Source: Eledone cirrhosa (taxonomy: Eukaryota). From it: DNA of 64,000 nucleotides. The position numbers and the translations under genes were made by a program. Positions 26,466 to 39,482 of this stretch are shown piece by piece. Each line of letters starts with the position of its first letter. The stretch's first letter is position 1. Below the pieces are notes generated by a model, which did no database searches, was not told the origin of the DNA, and saw only the letters and a list, made by a program, of their open reading frames with translations. The stretch covers positions 384,834,001-384,898,000 of the forward strand of contig OZ024741.1 in the NCBI GenBank assembly GCA_964016885.1, written 5' to 3'.

Positions 26466-27519
26466 CAACGAAATGAAATAATGTAATATAGCCAAAGAGC
26501 AGAATTAAAAATACTTTCGGTGGTTGCATCGTTTCCATATTCAGTAAATAGTTCGCCTCACCTTAACGTTTCTAGTGTCCTAGTAATTTCCTTGTTTCTT
26601 TATTTATTCACATTTTAATTTCTCTTCATATTCTGCTTCATTCCACATATTTCTTCTCTGTTGGATTTCTTATTACCTTAATCTCTCTTCTAGAATGGAA
26701 AAAATGAAACGAAATTTCATTTCCCACTCTTAGTACGGCTGTTACTTAAATATAAGTATGTACACGTACATACATATATGTATACAGACGTACAGTAGTA
26801 TGTATATATATATATATATACATACATGCACACATATATATATGTACGTATGGATTCACCGAACATTTATTATAATTCTCTTCTAGAATATTCTATTTCA
26901 ATCTAAAATTCATACTTATCATCTTATGGGTTCCTTCTTTTTATGTTTGGTTGCATACTATTTGTAGCTGGTTTCTTGGTGTTTTAACTGTTTGGAAATT
27001 TATTGTTGTTGATGCTGATGCTGCTGTGGTTGTCATTACTGCTGTTTTTATCGTTGTTGTTGTTCTTACAAACGATCTAATACAACTGTAAGTTGAATTG
27101 TTAATTGGAACCGCTCCACTTGCGTTGCTAATTGGCTCGAGAAAAAGAGTGATTACAGCATATTTCTTTATCCATTTCCCCTCCAATATCCGATGTGTCC
27201 TCTTCCATGTAGTAAAAGACTGCCTTCTCCACCACCTCTTCTCACCATCACCATTACCACCACCACCACCACCACCACCGCTGACGCCATCATTCATATA
27301 ATATTTAATGCTACGAGCATAATTTCATTACACTCCTTAACATCATCCTCGCCATCATCATTATCACCTGTCAAAAATCGTCCTTTACTTCTCTATCCCT
27401 CCTCACCTTTCATTTCATCCACACACCCTACTCCTTTGTTATTATTGTTATTAGCATCTAGAGTGCTGCTAGGCGTTCATATCACTTTACCAACTGAACC
27501 AACAATAGGAGGCCAGTAA

Positions 27520-28090
27520 ACAACGCTTGCGATTTGGAAAGTGTGAGCAACGATGACCTGAGAGCAGCTCTAGGTATTGACGAGGACAGTTCGAATAGGT
27601 TATTCTGGAAGACTTTCCAGCCGGAGATTATGGACTAACGCCAAACATATTTGGCATAGCAGTGCTACGGAAGAACACTATCTGTCTGAGACAGGTTTTA
27701 CAGGCACGGAAGTGCCCACAGCCGGACCTGTCAGAGATGCATGCAGGGTGACGAAACCATCCTGCATTGCAGAGTTATGGGGTTGTATCGAACAACTGCT
27801 ATAATGTGTAGGACAGATCCGGCTTTCAGCTAAGTCTATAATGAAAATTGAACCACCACCTCCTTTAAGAAGGGAAGCGTGGCATGTCTTCCTCTGCCCA
27901 GTAGCTATAGCGAAGGAAGCTGAATGGTGAATTCATCTAAAAGGATTGAGGATAGGAATGTTCCTCTCTGGCCAAGCCTTCATCAACTTCTTCAAGTTCC
28001 ACTTGAGAAGAAAGGTGAGGGTTGAGAGGAGGGAGATGCTGCCTTCTAATATGTTTTATGGAAGATGGATGAGAGCGGCGAGATTGACGA
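27520..28090 (+). mobile_element. Old Tx1 ORF2 3' fragment
   Basis: Homologous to C-termini of copies A-D (FYRHGSA, FLSGQAFINFFKFHLRRKVRVER). Confidence 0.8.
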
Positions 28091-28444
28091 TTCTGTGCAT
28101 CCTTTACGATTGCCTCAACTGCACCATTTCCAAGTCTTCGCCTCTAATGATCCACTAAGTTATTGATCATCCATCGTCTTCTCTTTCCACATATTCTTTT
28201 GTTTTCTGTTAATTTCATTTTTGTATTCGTCTGAACTGATTGTGTCCATCATGTCAACTATGCCACTTTCACCTACCGTAGAAGTGTTTCCTTATTTTGG
28301 TTTACATACCAACTCTGCTTTCCTTCGCCGTATACATCTTCCACAGCTAATCAAGCCTCGCCCACCCTTCTAATGTGCCACATACAGCTTTATAACATTA
28401 CTTCGTGAGTGTCGCTTCTTGTTCATTGTAATTATTTTCCTGTT

Positions 28445-29035
28445 TGGCAGTATCGGTAGAGGGTCGGACGCCATGCTTTGACGCATAGAGTTACGGCCCT
28501 TGCCATTCTGAGTTCAAATCCCGCCGAGGTTAACTTTTCCTTTCATCTTTACGGGGTCGATAAAATAAAGTACCAGTAATGCACTGGGTAATTGTTGGCC
28601 TTGTGCCAAAAAGTAGAAACAATTATTTTCCTGTAGAGCAGTGTATTGGCAGTATCGGTAGAGGGTCGGACGCCATGCTTTGCAAGCAAAGAGTTACGGC
28701 CCTTTATGGTCTGAGTTCAAATCCCGCCGAGGTTAACTTTACCTTTCATCCTTACGGGGTTGATAAAATAAAGTACCAATAATGCACTGGGTAATTGCTG
28801 GCCTCGTGCCAAAAAGTAGAAACAATTATTTTCCTGTAGTGCCGGTGGATTGGCAGTATCGGTAGAGGGTCGGACGCCATGCTTTGACGCATTGAGTTAC
28901 GGCCCTTGCCATTCTGAGTTCAAATCCTGCCAAGGTTAACTTTGCCTTTAATCCTTACGGGGTCGATAAAACAAAGTACCAGTAATGCACTGAGATAATT
29001 GCTGGCCCTCTGCCAAAAGTAGAAACAATTATTTT
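28445..29035 (+). mobile_element. Three tandem copies (~204 bp period) of a tRNA-derived Meta-domain SINE
   Basis: TGGCAGTATCGGTAGA A-box, GAGTTCAAATCCC B-box, CCTTTCATCCTTACGGGGTCGATAAAATAAAGTACCAG core; starts near 28445, 28647, 28851. Confidence 0.85.
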
Positions 29036-29811
29036 CCTTGCTCGTGTATCTGGCTTTTGTATTCCCTCCTGGTCTCATTTAATAATTCATTAAGGAAACA
29101 ATCCATGTATCTAATGCTCATTTCTTCTATGTAACTTTTATTCTAGGATTAGTTTAACTCATCTGAGATATTAATTTCCATAAATTTCTTTCATCGCTTT
29201 TTCTTTAAACATGTACAACTTCAAAATCGTAAGATATGTTTACCCTACGTTAACGATATCCTTTATGGTCTTTCCATCCGGAAATTTGATTCCCTCACAC
29301 TGATGAAGTTCCCCTTTTTTCAGTACAACCACGCCACATTTTCCTATCTCAACATCCTTATATCCTGTCATCACGCGAACTGTTGATACAAGACTATCAA
29401 TTTCTTCAGACCATCCATAAATAAGAGATGGTTGATTTTTGTTTCTCCAATCTTATACCCTGCTTTAGCTCTGTGTAGGATCTTTGTTAAATGAACCATA
29501 CAAACCATAAATAGCAGTGGATAAAGACTGTTACCTTGAAAAAATCCTCATTTGATGCGTACTGTTTCCAGATTTTCTCTGGATGATGTGAATTCTGACC
29601 TCCAAATTCGTATTGACCTCTGGATAAAACTGACAAAGTTCTCAGAGATGTTGGCCAATTGCAAGAATTCATTAATCTAAGAATGTGGGACCATGTCGTA
29701 GTTTTTCTTGCATTCTATCCATGCCATGGCTAAATTCTTGAGTATTCATAAGTAACAGGTCTTTGCAACCCTACATTTTCTTCTACTGGTAGCTTGTCAT
29801 TTTCTTCACGG

Positions 29812-29995
29812 TGGCAGTATCGGAAGAGGGTCGGACACCATGCTTTGCAGCATACAGTTACGGCCCCTTACGATCTGAGTTCAAATCCCGCCGAGGTTAA
29901 CTTTGCCTTTCATCCTTACGGGGTCGATAAAATAAAGTACCAGTAATACACTGGGATAATTGCTGGTCTTGTGCCAAAAGTAGAAACAATTATTA
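29812..29995 (+). mobile_element. Same tRNA-derived SINE, single copy
   Basis: Near identical to the units at 28445-29035. Confidence 0.85.
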
Positions 29996-30789
29996 CCGTC
30001 AGTAATTTACACCAAGATATTGGTCGGTACTTACCAACCACGTTTCCTTTCTATTTATTTTTATATGGCACAGCACTGCCATCTAGTAGACATCCACATG
30101 CGTATTGCAAAGTTTGTGGTTTATTAAATCATTCAGTTGATTGGTAATTCTTTCGTACAATGATATCAGTTTATTTATAAAGTACTGATGCACACCATTT
30201 GGACTTGCTGCCTTTTAATTTGGAATCTTTCTCGATTGTGCTGAAACCATTTCTTTCGTAATTACTACTGCCCTTTGCCTCCCAACTTTTGAAACCCTTT
30301 CAACCTCCCTGACGCTTGGTCGTGATTTAACTCTTTATTCTATATTCATGTCCCAAACATTTCACTCTCTATTTACTTTGGCCTTTCAGCCTCATTGGAC
30401 ACATTCAATTCTTGATGCAATTTCGTCTGTCCTTGTTCAGCCTATATTGTGCAATTCGCTGTTCATATCTCTTCAACTTTGTATATTTTGCTACCAGCGT
30501 CTGTTATTCTATTGTCCTGTTATAAATCCTGGCCTAAGATCCACCTAAGATCTCCTCCTCTATTTCTTTTCAAGATGAACTCCGAATCCTTCTTTCCATC
30601 AAGCTGTTTAGAGTTCTATTGCTACTTATAACTTTCAACCCCGTTTTACTTGCATTTACTGGCACTAACGTGTTTATATCACTTATATCTTAGGTTATGA
30701 TATTTCTCACAGCCTTGTTCACATTATTTACCCACCCTCCAACAAATTCCAGTCAATCTTCTCCCACCCCTCGATCCATTTATCCTTGT

Positions 30790-31290
30790 TCCAAGTATTT
30801 CTTCTATAAGATGCATGTTCTCCGAATATACATCGAAGGGAAACAGCCCAACTGCCATTTGTGTGGATTCACAAGCCAAAAAAATAGGAAACCAACACCT
30901 TGGCCTCAATAACGACAGCATGCCACAACAACTACTTCAGCGTCAACTAAAACTACTACACCAACAGTTGCAACGACAGTTGATAACTACAGCAGCAGTA
31001 GCAGCAGAAGTACTATAGCCACAACCACCATCAATACCAACGCCCGTGGATAACATGCTCTTCCCCGACGTCACACAGTTAACTGGGAGGTGGTACTTAA
31101 CCTAGCGGTGACGGTGACTGTGGTGTTTTGTGAGCCTCAGAAGCCCCCACTCCTTTGAAGGAATTTTCTTTTAACGGTTGTTGTTTTTGTTAACCATTTT
31201 TTACACGTAAATACCCACGTTGCACCGCCCTGTGCTGTCGTTAATGTTTCTTTAATGTGAACCCTGTGTAGCTAATAAAGAAATCCTAAT
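30790..31290 (+). mobile_element. Tx1 derivative: ORF1 fragment joined directly to a copy-A-type 3' UTR
   Basis: IYIEGKQPNCHLCG knuckle remnant, then 3' UTR homology ending CCCTGTGTAGCTAATAAAGAAATC. Confidence 0.7.
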
Positions 31291-31365
31291 ATAATGATTA
31301 CTGGACCTTCTACTGCCTGCCAAATTCCAATAGGGACCTTAGAAACTAGTACTTTTTAAAGTGTA

Positions 31366-31563
31366 TGTTGTGAGGGTAAAAACCCTGAATACCCCCACGT
31401 AACTAAAAGTGGACAAGGTGAAAAGTCTATAAATAAGACCTGAAGTGAACTGTCAGGTAGACTGCGTGTACGGAGTCTCATTGTAGTCTCTCGTTGGTAG
31501 TTCGGAATTACACCTGGTATTTCGTACAGATATACATGACAGGTGTGTCATACCATTATGACA
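31366..31563 (+). mobile_element. Probable solo LTR
   Basis: TGTTGTG...ATGACA termini, TATAAAT box; reverse-complement homology to 13859-14054. Confidence 0.65.
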
Positions 31564-33244
31564 GTATATGTGCAGTTCCCAACATGGCAGTCTTTTGTAG
31601 GAGAGCAATTTGTTTCGAGACCTGTTTGCTCAAGATACTCACTATGCTGGTAACATCGTTGGTATGACTTCTACTGTCGATATTCCTTTGAAGCTAGTTG
31701 AATAACTATGTTATATAGTACTAGGCAGAAGATCGCGTATCGGCCTGTTTGTTTGTTTGTCGGAACAATGTTTTGGTGATTACTAAGTTTTGTTCCTCAC
31801 ATTTAGTTAGGAGCAGAGCGGATCTTGAGATAGCATTTCCTCTGCTAGTTGGATGCTTCTAGATATTGAAATCTACCAACTACGGCATTGAGGTTACCCA
31901 GCAAGATTATTTTGTCTTATTTTCGCCTACTGGATAAACACACTCTAAGTTAGCATAACATTCCTCTTTAAGTTCCTTGTTTGCGCCAAATGGGGTAACA
32001 TATGTACTGATGAATACTGTGTATCCATCGGGTTTCATTAACCTTTCACTGATGCTTTTAAGTAGTTCATGTAGTCATACCATTGAAGACCACAATGTTT
32101 GCCTCATGTAAGCAACGAAATTCTGATGTATTTCCGTTCCAAAATAAGGTATATCCACTGACAAGGTCTTTAGAAGCTCCTCATCGGATATTATTATTTC
32201 GCTTAGGGTTGCGATGTTGATATTGAAGCGCATCAATTACTTAGAGACCTCGAATGTTACCCGCCTTCCGACCAAAGGCTTGTCAATAAAGATCCCAGTC
32301 CAAATTTTATTATGTAATATATATTTTGTTCGTAAAAAGATGACTCAACTGGATGTGGAGATGCAATTGGGTAATTTAAATCAGATTATTTGAGGTGGAT
32401 GTTTTAGACTCTTTTTTATACAGTTTAGCAGAGAGGGTCTTAGAAAGGACTGCTCAGACGTAGCTACAACTGCGGCTTACATGTTTGAGGACTATCACAC
32501 GCTGCTCTCTGTGTCTTTTCATGCATTGTAGTTATCGGGTGTCACAACTCTGTTCCTGTTACCAGTAGATAATCACCAGAGGGAGACACTAGTATGTAGT
32601 TTAGTCTAATGCAGAGAAAACTGTTGAATGTCAGTTTCAATACAATCTTCGCAGTGAGATACCTTCTTCTAATGGCGAACAGCCCAAGATGACCGGAAGT
32701 AGCAAGCTATTGAAACCATTATCCGCCACCACAGTCGTTGAAAGTACGTGACTTACTTCCATCTAAGTTCTTCAATGAGGTACTGTTCTAAATGTAATAA
32801 CGCCTAGTCGTCGCTGGCATGAAAATTTATGTTGAACAGCTCCTATCAGTGTCTTCTTTTAACAAGAATTGTAGGCAGTTTTCTGGTTTGGTTGCTATGG
32901 TGAAATAGATTATATGTTAAATTATACTGAAAGCTGATGTTTCTATCCTAAATGAAATTCTCATTACTATCTTTAAAGCGAAAAAGAAATTGGGATCATT
33001 TCCTAGCTTGCCTTTGTGGATCCTCATTTCGTGAGTGATCCTGTTGATCTCCAGCCAAACAACTTGGAACAAAGCTGACAGATACTCAATACATGCGAAG
33101 TTATTCAATGAAAATTTAATTTTGCGGGCGGTGGAATGACACAAATAAACGAAACCCTTATTCAATCAACCATACCAAGGAATCATTTCCATTTTTAATG
33201 CTTGAAGGATTTCTACTGTCATTATATACGCACATAGAGGACCG

Positions 33245-33420
33245 TGGTTAGGCAGTGTCATTAGAACGTTGGACAACTTGCTTTGCAGCATATAGCTACG
33301 TCCCTGTATGTTCTGAGTTCAAATCCTGCCGAGATTAGCTTTGCCTTTCATATTTACGGGGTCAATAAAATAAAATATCAGTAACGCACTGGGGAAATAT
33401 AATCGACGTTTTCCCCTCCC
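33245..33420 (+). mobile_element. tRNA-derived Meta-domain SINE
   Basis: GAGTTCAAATCC B-box and GCCTTTCAT..GGGGTCAATAAAATAAAATATCAG core. Confidence 0.75.
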
Positions 33421-33514
33421 TTTATATACGCACATAGTGCTTCTTTTTATTGTCCTTTCTTATCACGAAAAGTACATGTGATATGTCTGCCTTCGAATAA
33501 TACTGGTATAAAAT

Positions 33515-33562
33515 AGATGTAAAATAGATCATAAATTAATATTCATGATCTATTTTACATCT
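33515..33562. repeat. Perfect 18-bp inverted repeat with 12-nt spacer
   Basis: AGATGTAAAATAGATCAT ... ATGATCTATTTTACATCT. Confidence 0.85.
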
Positions 33563-34354
33563 CTTCTCGCTGTTTTCATATTGTCACCTGTAGCAGATGT
33601 CTTAGAATGTTTTCACTCATATTTCTTCTGTAATGTCTTTTCAGTTTCTTTTCTATATTTTGTGTGCTAGATATATTCCTATTCATCCATATATGTATTT
33701 CTATTCTAAAATGTTGATTTACGTATCTCTAGCTAGTTTTGTGTTGAAAGTAATTTTCTTTTCTCGTTAAAAGCTTTATAACATTTCTCCAAGTCTTAGT
33801 TAATTATGTGTCCACCAAATTGTTGCAATGTTTAAGAAGTGGTGGTGGAATTGTCTGAGATAGTACAGAATCAGAATAAGTAGCATACACTCATGCGATC
33901 TAGCATTCTAGTTTCCAGACTCTTCGTGATCAACTTTGCTCTTTTATGTTTCCATAAAACATCAAGTTGATTTATGAAACTCATAGGCTATTATTTTACC
34001 CCTTTCTTCATGAATGATCATTTTTCTTTGCCGTATTGTGATTTACTCAATGTTGGATTCTTTATTATTTTCAAAATTAATTGAAAATTATAGGCAGTAT
34101 TTTTAATACTAGAAATATGGTAACAAAAGTTTTAATGACATTACGCAGAGTTAGAAACTTACGTCAATCATTTATTCAATACTGTATGTAAGACCCGAGG
34201 GAGTGGTAAGGGCGCCATATTGATATACGGTGTTTCTAGAGCTTCTTTTAAAACCTGGCAGAGCCCATCTCCTCTCCAGCTCTGAATAGAGCAGATTTTT
34301 TCCAGAAAGGGCTAGAGAGTCAGAGAATGGAAGTAAGAAAGCGATATAGAGGAA

Positions 34355-34510
34355 GGCTCGACCCCAGTACTAAACTGGTACATTTTTTATCGACCTTAAA
34401 TGGATGAAAAGCAAAGTTGACCTCTGTGGTATTTGAACTCAGTCAGCAGAGAGTCGGAATGAATACTGCAAAGCATTCTATCCGACGTTCTAACGAATTT
34501 GTCACCTCAT
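34355..34510 (-). mobile_element. tRNA-derived Meta-domain SINE, degraded
   Basis: CTGGTAC..TTATCGACC..GGATGAAAAGCAAAGTTGACC..ATTTGAACTCAG on plus strand. Confidence 0.7.
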
Positions 34511-34774
34511 TCAATACTGTAACAAACATTGTATAGGAAGAGTCAGTGTCTCTTAGAATCAGACCTACATAAACGGTTTCAATTCTACACTGAAGCCACT
34601 TCACTCCACTTGAATTTCTAAAGTCTTTGAGAAAGCTATGTCGCTAACGATTTCCTCATTTACATCTGCTCAAAATCTATTTTGAAGATGTCTTGTTTAT
34701 AGCAACTATCACCAACATTCAACTGAATGGAATGGTGTCAGGTGCATTTAGTATTAACTGCTCTTTTTCATCCA

Positions 34775-34835
34775 TTGTTTGTTTGTTTGTTTGTTTGTTT
34801 GTTTCTTTCTTTCCCGACGACGGCGACGACTACCG

Positions 34836-34898
<63 letters not shown>

Positions 34899-34900
34899 TA
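34775..34900. repeat. (GTTT)n and (CTA)n microsatellites
   Basis: Direct inspection. Confidence 0.9.
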
Positions 34901-35269
34901 CAACAACAATATGGCGCTTGCGTTTGAAGTGTTTGTATTATTAAGTTTTGAATTATATGTTTTTATCTGCTGCAAAGATATCGCATTTTTTCCCTTTTTG
35001 TTTTCTGATATGGAAAAACCGAACAAGATAGAGTAACGTGCCTTGCATAGGAATAAAATGTAATGTTTTTCATCAGAGCTTGAACCGCATGACGTATCAA
35101 CTTGTAGACCGGTCTTTTAACAATTCGTCCACTGTTTAGCCATATTGATCTACCCAGCCAATCAAATGCTTTCCTAGTTTGTTTTCTAGACATGTCACCT
35201 CATTATGGCAGCTCACAACTCTTAAGCTAGGCCACAAACATATTTTTTAATCATATTTTCTTTGCTTTG

Positions 35270-35357
35270 CTTTCATTTTCTTTCTTCTTTCCTTTCTTTC
35301 TTTCTTTCTCTTTCTTTCTTTTTTCTTTCTTTCTTTCATTTATTCATTCATTAATTC

Positions 35358-35402
<45 letters not shown>

Positions 35403-35415
35403 ATTCAGTCATTCA
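35270..35415. repeat. (TTTC)n/(TTCA)n microsatellite
   Basis: Direct inspection. Confidence 0.9.
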
Positions 35416-35444
35416 AAAATTCTGCCTGTGTTTATTTGTGAAGG

Positions 35445-35745
35445 TATGTGGCTTAGTGGTTAGGGTGTTTGACTCACAGTTGTAAGGTTGTCCTTGAGCA
35501 AGATATTTTACGTGTCTCCAGTTCACTCAGTTAAAAAAAAAAAAACGGAGTTGTACCTGTGATTCAAATGGTCAGCCGCCTGATCACATATTGTTACGTC
35601 GAATTTCCCTAGAATGCTCAGCCACTTGCACATTAATTTCACGAGCAGACTGGCCGCTCTGTTGGTCAAACAATAGGAACAACCATGGACGGAACTATGA
35701 AAGGCTCAGCGACAACAATGTATTTATCTTCACACGAACAGTCTA
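35445..35745 (+). mobile_element. tRNA-derived SINE (second family), degraded
   Basis: GTGGCTTAGTGGTTAG A-box, TGTCCTTGAGCAAGA motif shared with 59735; tail shared with 40900-41070. Confidence 0.65.
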
Positions 35746-35799
35746 ACAATATGATGAAGAGAAAAAGTAACGATATCTTTGTACTGTAGTTGCTAGGTT

Positions 35800-36075
35800 T
35801 AGTGAAGAAGAAGAAGAAGGCAAAGAAGAAGAAAAGAAGGAGAAGAAAAGAAGAAGGAGGAGGAGGCAAAGCACAAGAGGGAGAAGAAGAAGAAAAGGAA
35901 TAATAATAATAATAATAATAATAAGAAGGCAAAGAAGAAGAAGAAGAAAAGAAGAAGAAGAAGGAGGAGGAAAAGCACAAGAGAGAGAAGAAGAAGAAGG
36001 AGGAGGAGAGAAATAGGAGAAGAAGAAGAAAAGGAAGCAGAAGCAGAAGCAGAAGCAGAAGAAGAAGAAGAGCAA
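35800..36075. repeat. (GAA)n/(TAA)n/(GCAGAA)n compound microsatellite
   Basis: Direct inspection. Confidence 0.9.
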
Positions 36076-36529
36076 CAACCGCAACATTAACGATAGCAAC
36101 AATGATAATTTAAAAAAAGGCATCAAAACTTAATAATTCTTGTTCAATCTCTACGGTTTCAACAACACAAGACGACGGATGTATGATAAGAAAAAACTAA
36201 ACAAAAAGCCTTTCACAGATAATATTATTTTCACAGGTTGTAGAAATAACTATCTAAGTATATATATATATGAACTAATATAAAAATACATGAATAAAAC
36301 ATTAATAGAACTCTAGAACTTCTCAAATTGTGATAGACAGTAAAGTATAGCTGTGTAGATTCAATAGATTAAAGATTATATGTATTAAACAACTTATATA
36401 AGGAATAAGAAATTGATTTAATAATGTCTTTCAGCAAATAAGATTAATTGTAAATCTGATATATTACTACACAAAAGTTGCAATTTTACAGAATTACTTT
36501 TTAAAGGAATGCTTCTGTTTTTTCGAATG

Positions 36530-36660
36530 ATGTATGTATGTATGTATGTATGTATGTATGTATGTATGTATGTATGTATGTATGTATGTATGTATGTATG
36601 TATGTATGTATGTATGTATCTATGTGTGTATGTATCTGTGTGTGTGTATGTATGTATGTA
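36530..36660. repeat. (TATG)n microsatellite
   Basis: Direct inspection. Confidence 0.95.
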
Positions 36661-37097
36661 ATGGCGGAAGAACTGATAAGAGTCAACGGCCATCCAAAAA
36701 TGTGTAAATATGTATATACATGTAGGCATGTGTATATATATATGCGTGGGGACATAGAAATAATTGGGCTGGATACACGATCGCGCGGTTAAACTACTGG
36801 GAGTGAAGGACCCCTAGCCTTTGTCAGGGTATTCCTCTAGGAGAAGGCAACCCAGGAAACTGGGATAACTCCGACATAAAACCTGCGACTCAGTAGTTAC
36901 CGATGATGCTGATCTTTTCTTCTTTTCGGGTTATAGCTACTGTCGCTTAGAGAGTGGGATTGGCTCAGTGCTCAGTCTTTCCTCACTTTAAAAAATATAT
37001 TCGCGCACAGGCATTGCACGATAGCGTTGATTAATAATTATTAATAATGGTACATCGTGCAATGGCCATACTCGATAACGAAGGGGCAGCCATCACG
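36661..37097 (+). mobile_element. Non-coding RTE-derived non-autonomous retroelement, 5' truncated
   Basis: Reverse-complement homology to 63104-63620; CTAGGAGAAGGCAAC RTE 5' UTR-like motif; 3' stem CATTGCACGAT/ATCGTGCAATG; (TATG)n on both flanks. Confidence 0.7.
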
Positions 37098-37108
37098 GTG
37101 TATGTATG

Positions 37109-37142
<34 letters not shown>

Positions 37143-37226
37143 TGTATGTATGTATGTATGTATGTATGTGTGTATGTATGTATGTATGCAAGTATGTATG
37201 TATGTATGTATGTATGTATGTGTATA

Positions 37227-37458
37227 CTGAAAAACGTCATGAATGTCTCAAACAATGTCGATCTGTAGCAGGACTGAAGCGGCATGTGAAGGTTCGCAGG
37301 CAACTTGATGCAAGACCTCAGGCTAGGGAGATCCATAGTTATCGTCAGTGTGCGAAGGAGTGCAAGTCTCTAGCAGGCTTGAAAAGTCATACCCGAGGGC
37401 CTCACATCAGAATCTGACAAGCGATTCCTATACTCTTGGCGTGAGTTTGCAACCATCA
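37227..37458 (+). mobile_element. RTE-clade LINE 3' end (C2H2 zinc-finger tail and 3' UTR)
   Basis: CLKQCRSVAGLKRH and CAKECKSLAGLKSHTR motifs; ends GCAACCATCA followed by (TGTA)n. Confidence 0.7.
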
Positions 37459-37599
37459 TGTATGTATGTATGTATGTATGTATGTATGTATGTATGTATG
37501 TATGTATGTATGTATGTGTGTGTGTATGTGCGTGTGTATGTGTGTATGTGTGTATGTATGCATGTATGCATGTATGTGTATATGTATGTATATATTTAT

Positions 37600-37850
37600 T
37601 TATACATTTAATCAATTTAAACGTTTGCATAGAGCTAGTAAGCCATTTATTTATTTAATCAATTTAAACGTCCGCATAGAGCTAGTAAGCCATTTATTTA
37701 TTTAATCAATTTAAACGTCCGCATAGAGCTAGTAAGCCATGATAGACTAGGGGAAGTATCAAATACTTCTTACAGTTGAGAAAAAAAGAGATATACTGAA
37801 ATAAGTGATAAAAACAAAAGAAAAAGCAAAAATAAAATAAAATGAAAAAT
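37600..37850 (+). mobile_element. Very short R4-like 3' UTR insertion with a triplicated 47-bp 5' junction
   Basis: Three units ending AGCTAGTAAGCCAT at 37646, 37693, 37740; body homologous to 42358-42440. Confidence 0.7.
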
Positions 37851-37931
37851 TCAAACAGGGAAGGCCAACTGGAGGCAAAATAAGAATAAAAATAGATAAA
37901 AAATATGAAGCAAGGGAAGCTGTGAAGCAAC

Positions 37932-38042
37932 TAGGAAGTTCTGTTGTTAAATCTTTTCATAACCTCCATAGGAAGTTCTGTTGTTAAATCTTTTCATAAC
38001 CTCCATAGGAAGTTCTGTTGTTAAATCTTTTCATAACCTCCA
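37932..38042. repeat. 37-bp tandem repeat, 3 copies
   Basis: TAGGAAGTTCTGTTGTTAAATCTTTTCATAACCTCCA x3. Confidence 0.9.
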
Positions 38043-38091
38043 TGTACTCAAATATTTTGTTTATAGATGGTAGATATTTTACAATAAATTG

Positions 38092-38355
38092 TATGTATGT
38101 ATGTTCTTCTGGTTTTATAATTTCACAAATTTTTGCCAATAGAGAGGGAGTCGGTTTCTAAACTTAGACACAAGACTCTCTCATTGGGATTTAAACTTCA
38201 ACTAGGTAGATATGTCTGCATGTCTGCATGCATGTGTCTATGTGCAGGTATGGATGTTAATGTATGTGTGGATGTGTATGTCTTGAGTTATATGTGTGCA
38301 TGTGCATATGCTTTGTATCTGTACATGTGTATATTCAGTTATCAGATGTAGAATT
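38092..38355 (-). mobile_element. 3' UTR of the R4-like family at 60764-62468
   Basis: Reverse-complement homology to 62225-62470 including the (CATA)n tail. Confidence 0.8.
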
Positions 38356-38663
38356 ATATATGTTGATAAAATAATAAAATATGCATTTGTCATTCAGAGT
38401 CATAAGAGTATTAACACTTAACACTGTATTTCCGCATTAAGAAGACATTCTTGAAAATATCAAAACAATCACTATGACTGTCTTACATTAAAGTTCTCTT
38501 TTTTCACAATGATTTTTGTATTAGTAAAGATATAAATATTTGAATTAATAGAGCTAATTTTTAGACATTTTCTGCTAAATTACACATCATGTTAAGAATT
38601 ACCAAATTCTTATAGATCAGATTAGATTGAAGTACAGCGTCATAACGGTAGTATTGCCAATAA

Positions 38664-39482
38664 TCTATATATATAAAACTGTGGTTGTCTGTCTGTCTAT
38701 CGATTTTTGGCACACATCTCCTCTTAGAATCTCTGACGGAATTGCACCGAAATTGCTATACTTGTACATTGAGCCCTAGCGAAGACATCGGAAAAAAAAT
38801 ATTTCAAATTGACCCACCCTATGTGACGAAATCGAATATAATGTATCGATTTTTGAGCGTAAGTTATCAGTTATTTCCCTTTGTTCTGTTTACATTGAGC
38901 GTCTTACGTAAAAAATTACGCTGGCTTTCTCAGCATTTAAAATGACATTAACACAATACACGAACAGACAGTTGTCGAGCCAGCAAAATATTGACCTGCA
39001 AAATTCATCAGTTCGAACACTAAGTTTCCGTTTTGCTTCATTTCCATTTAAAAGCATTTTAAAACAATATTTTTACTTGAAAACAAGTCTATTTAAAGAC
39101 TACGTAAAACAAGCAAATATTTCAGGCGTGCAGACAGACAGTCGTGCAGAGAGGTGATATAGGCGTGCAGACAGACATAACTGATAATTTGGTTACGCTA
39201 ATGTTTTTCTCTGCGTTGCAGTGTTTACATTTTCGATCTTTGTTAATAAATAACCAGTGCAGTTTTTATCCCCAGCATCCTCTTTTGTTATAACATTCGG
39301 GTTATCGTTATGTTTTCTTAACTTCATAAGGCATATTGTTGGTTGAGGGAATATTAATCAAAAACACCACATGCAAGTCTGCACAGTAGACATTACAGTT
39401 TTTAAGCCAAAAAAGAAACTTAACATTGTAACTTTAACACAGCTACTGAGCGACCCCGAGCAACGCCGGGCTTTACTGCTAG
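38664..39482 (+). mobile_element. Non-autonomous Helitron-like element
   Basis: A|TCTATATATATAAAA 5' end, (GTCT)n, 3' CCCGAGCAACGCCGGG hairpin and CTAG|T. Confidence 0.8.

Noticed and set aside
28445-29035. Possible tRNA gene cluster or CRISPR-like array
   Set aside because: Units are SINEs with A/B boxes but no complete cloverleaf; no unique spacers or cas genes
30790-31290. Exact spliced retrocopy proving ORF2 splicing
   Set aside because: Junction is upstream of the donor and shows microhomology; copy F's junction also does not match the sites
29050-33200. Further old retroelement remnants or host exons in the intervening sequence
   Set aside because: Only faint broken motifs; no assignable ORF or exon structure by eye
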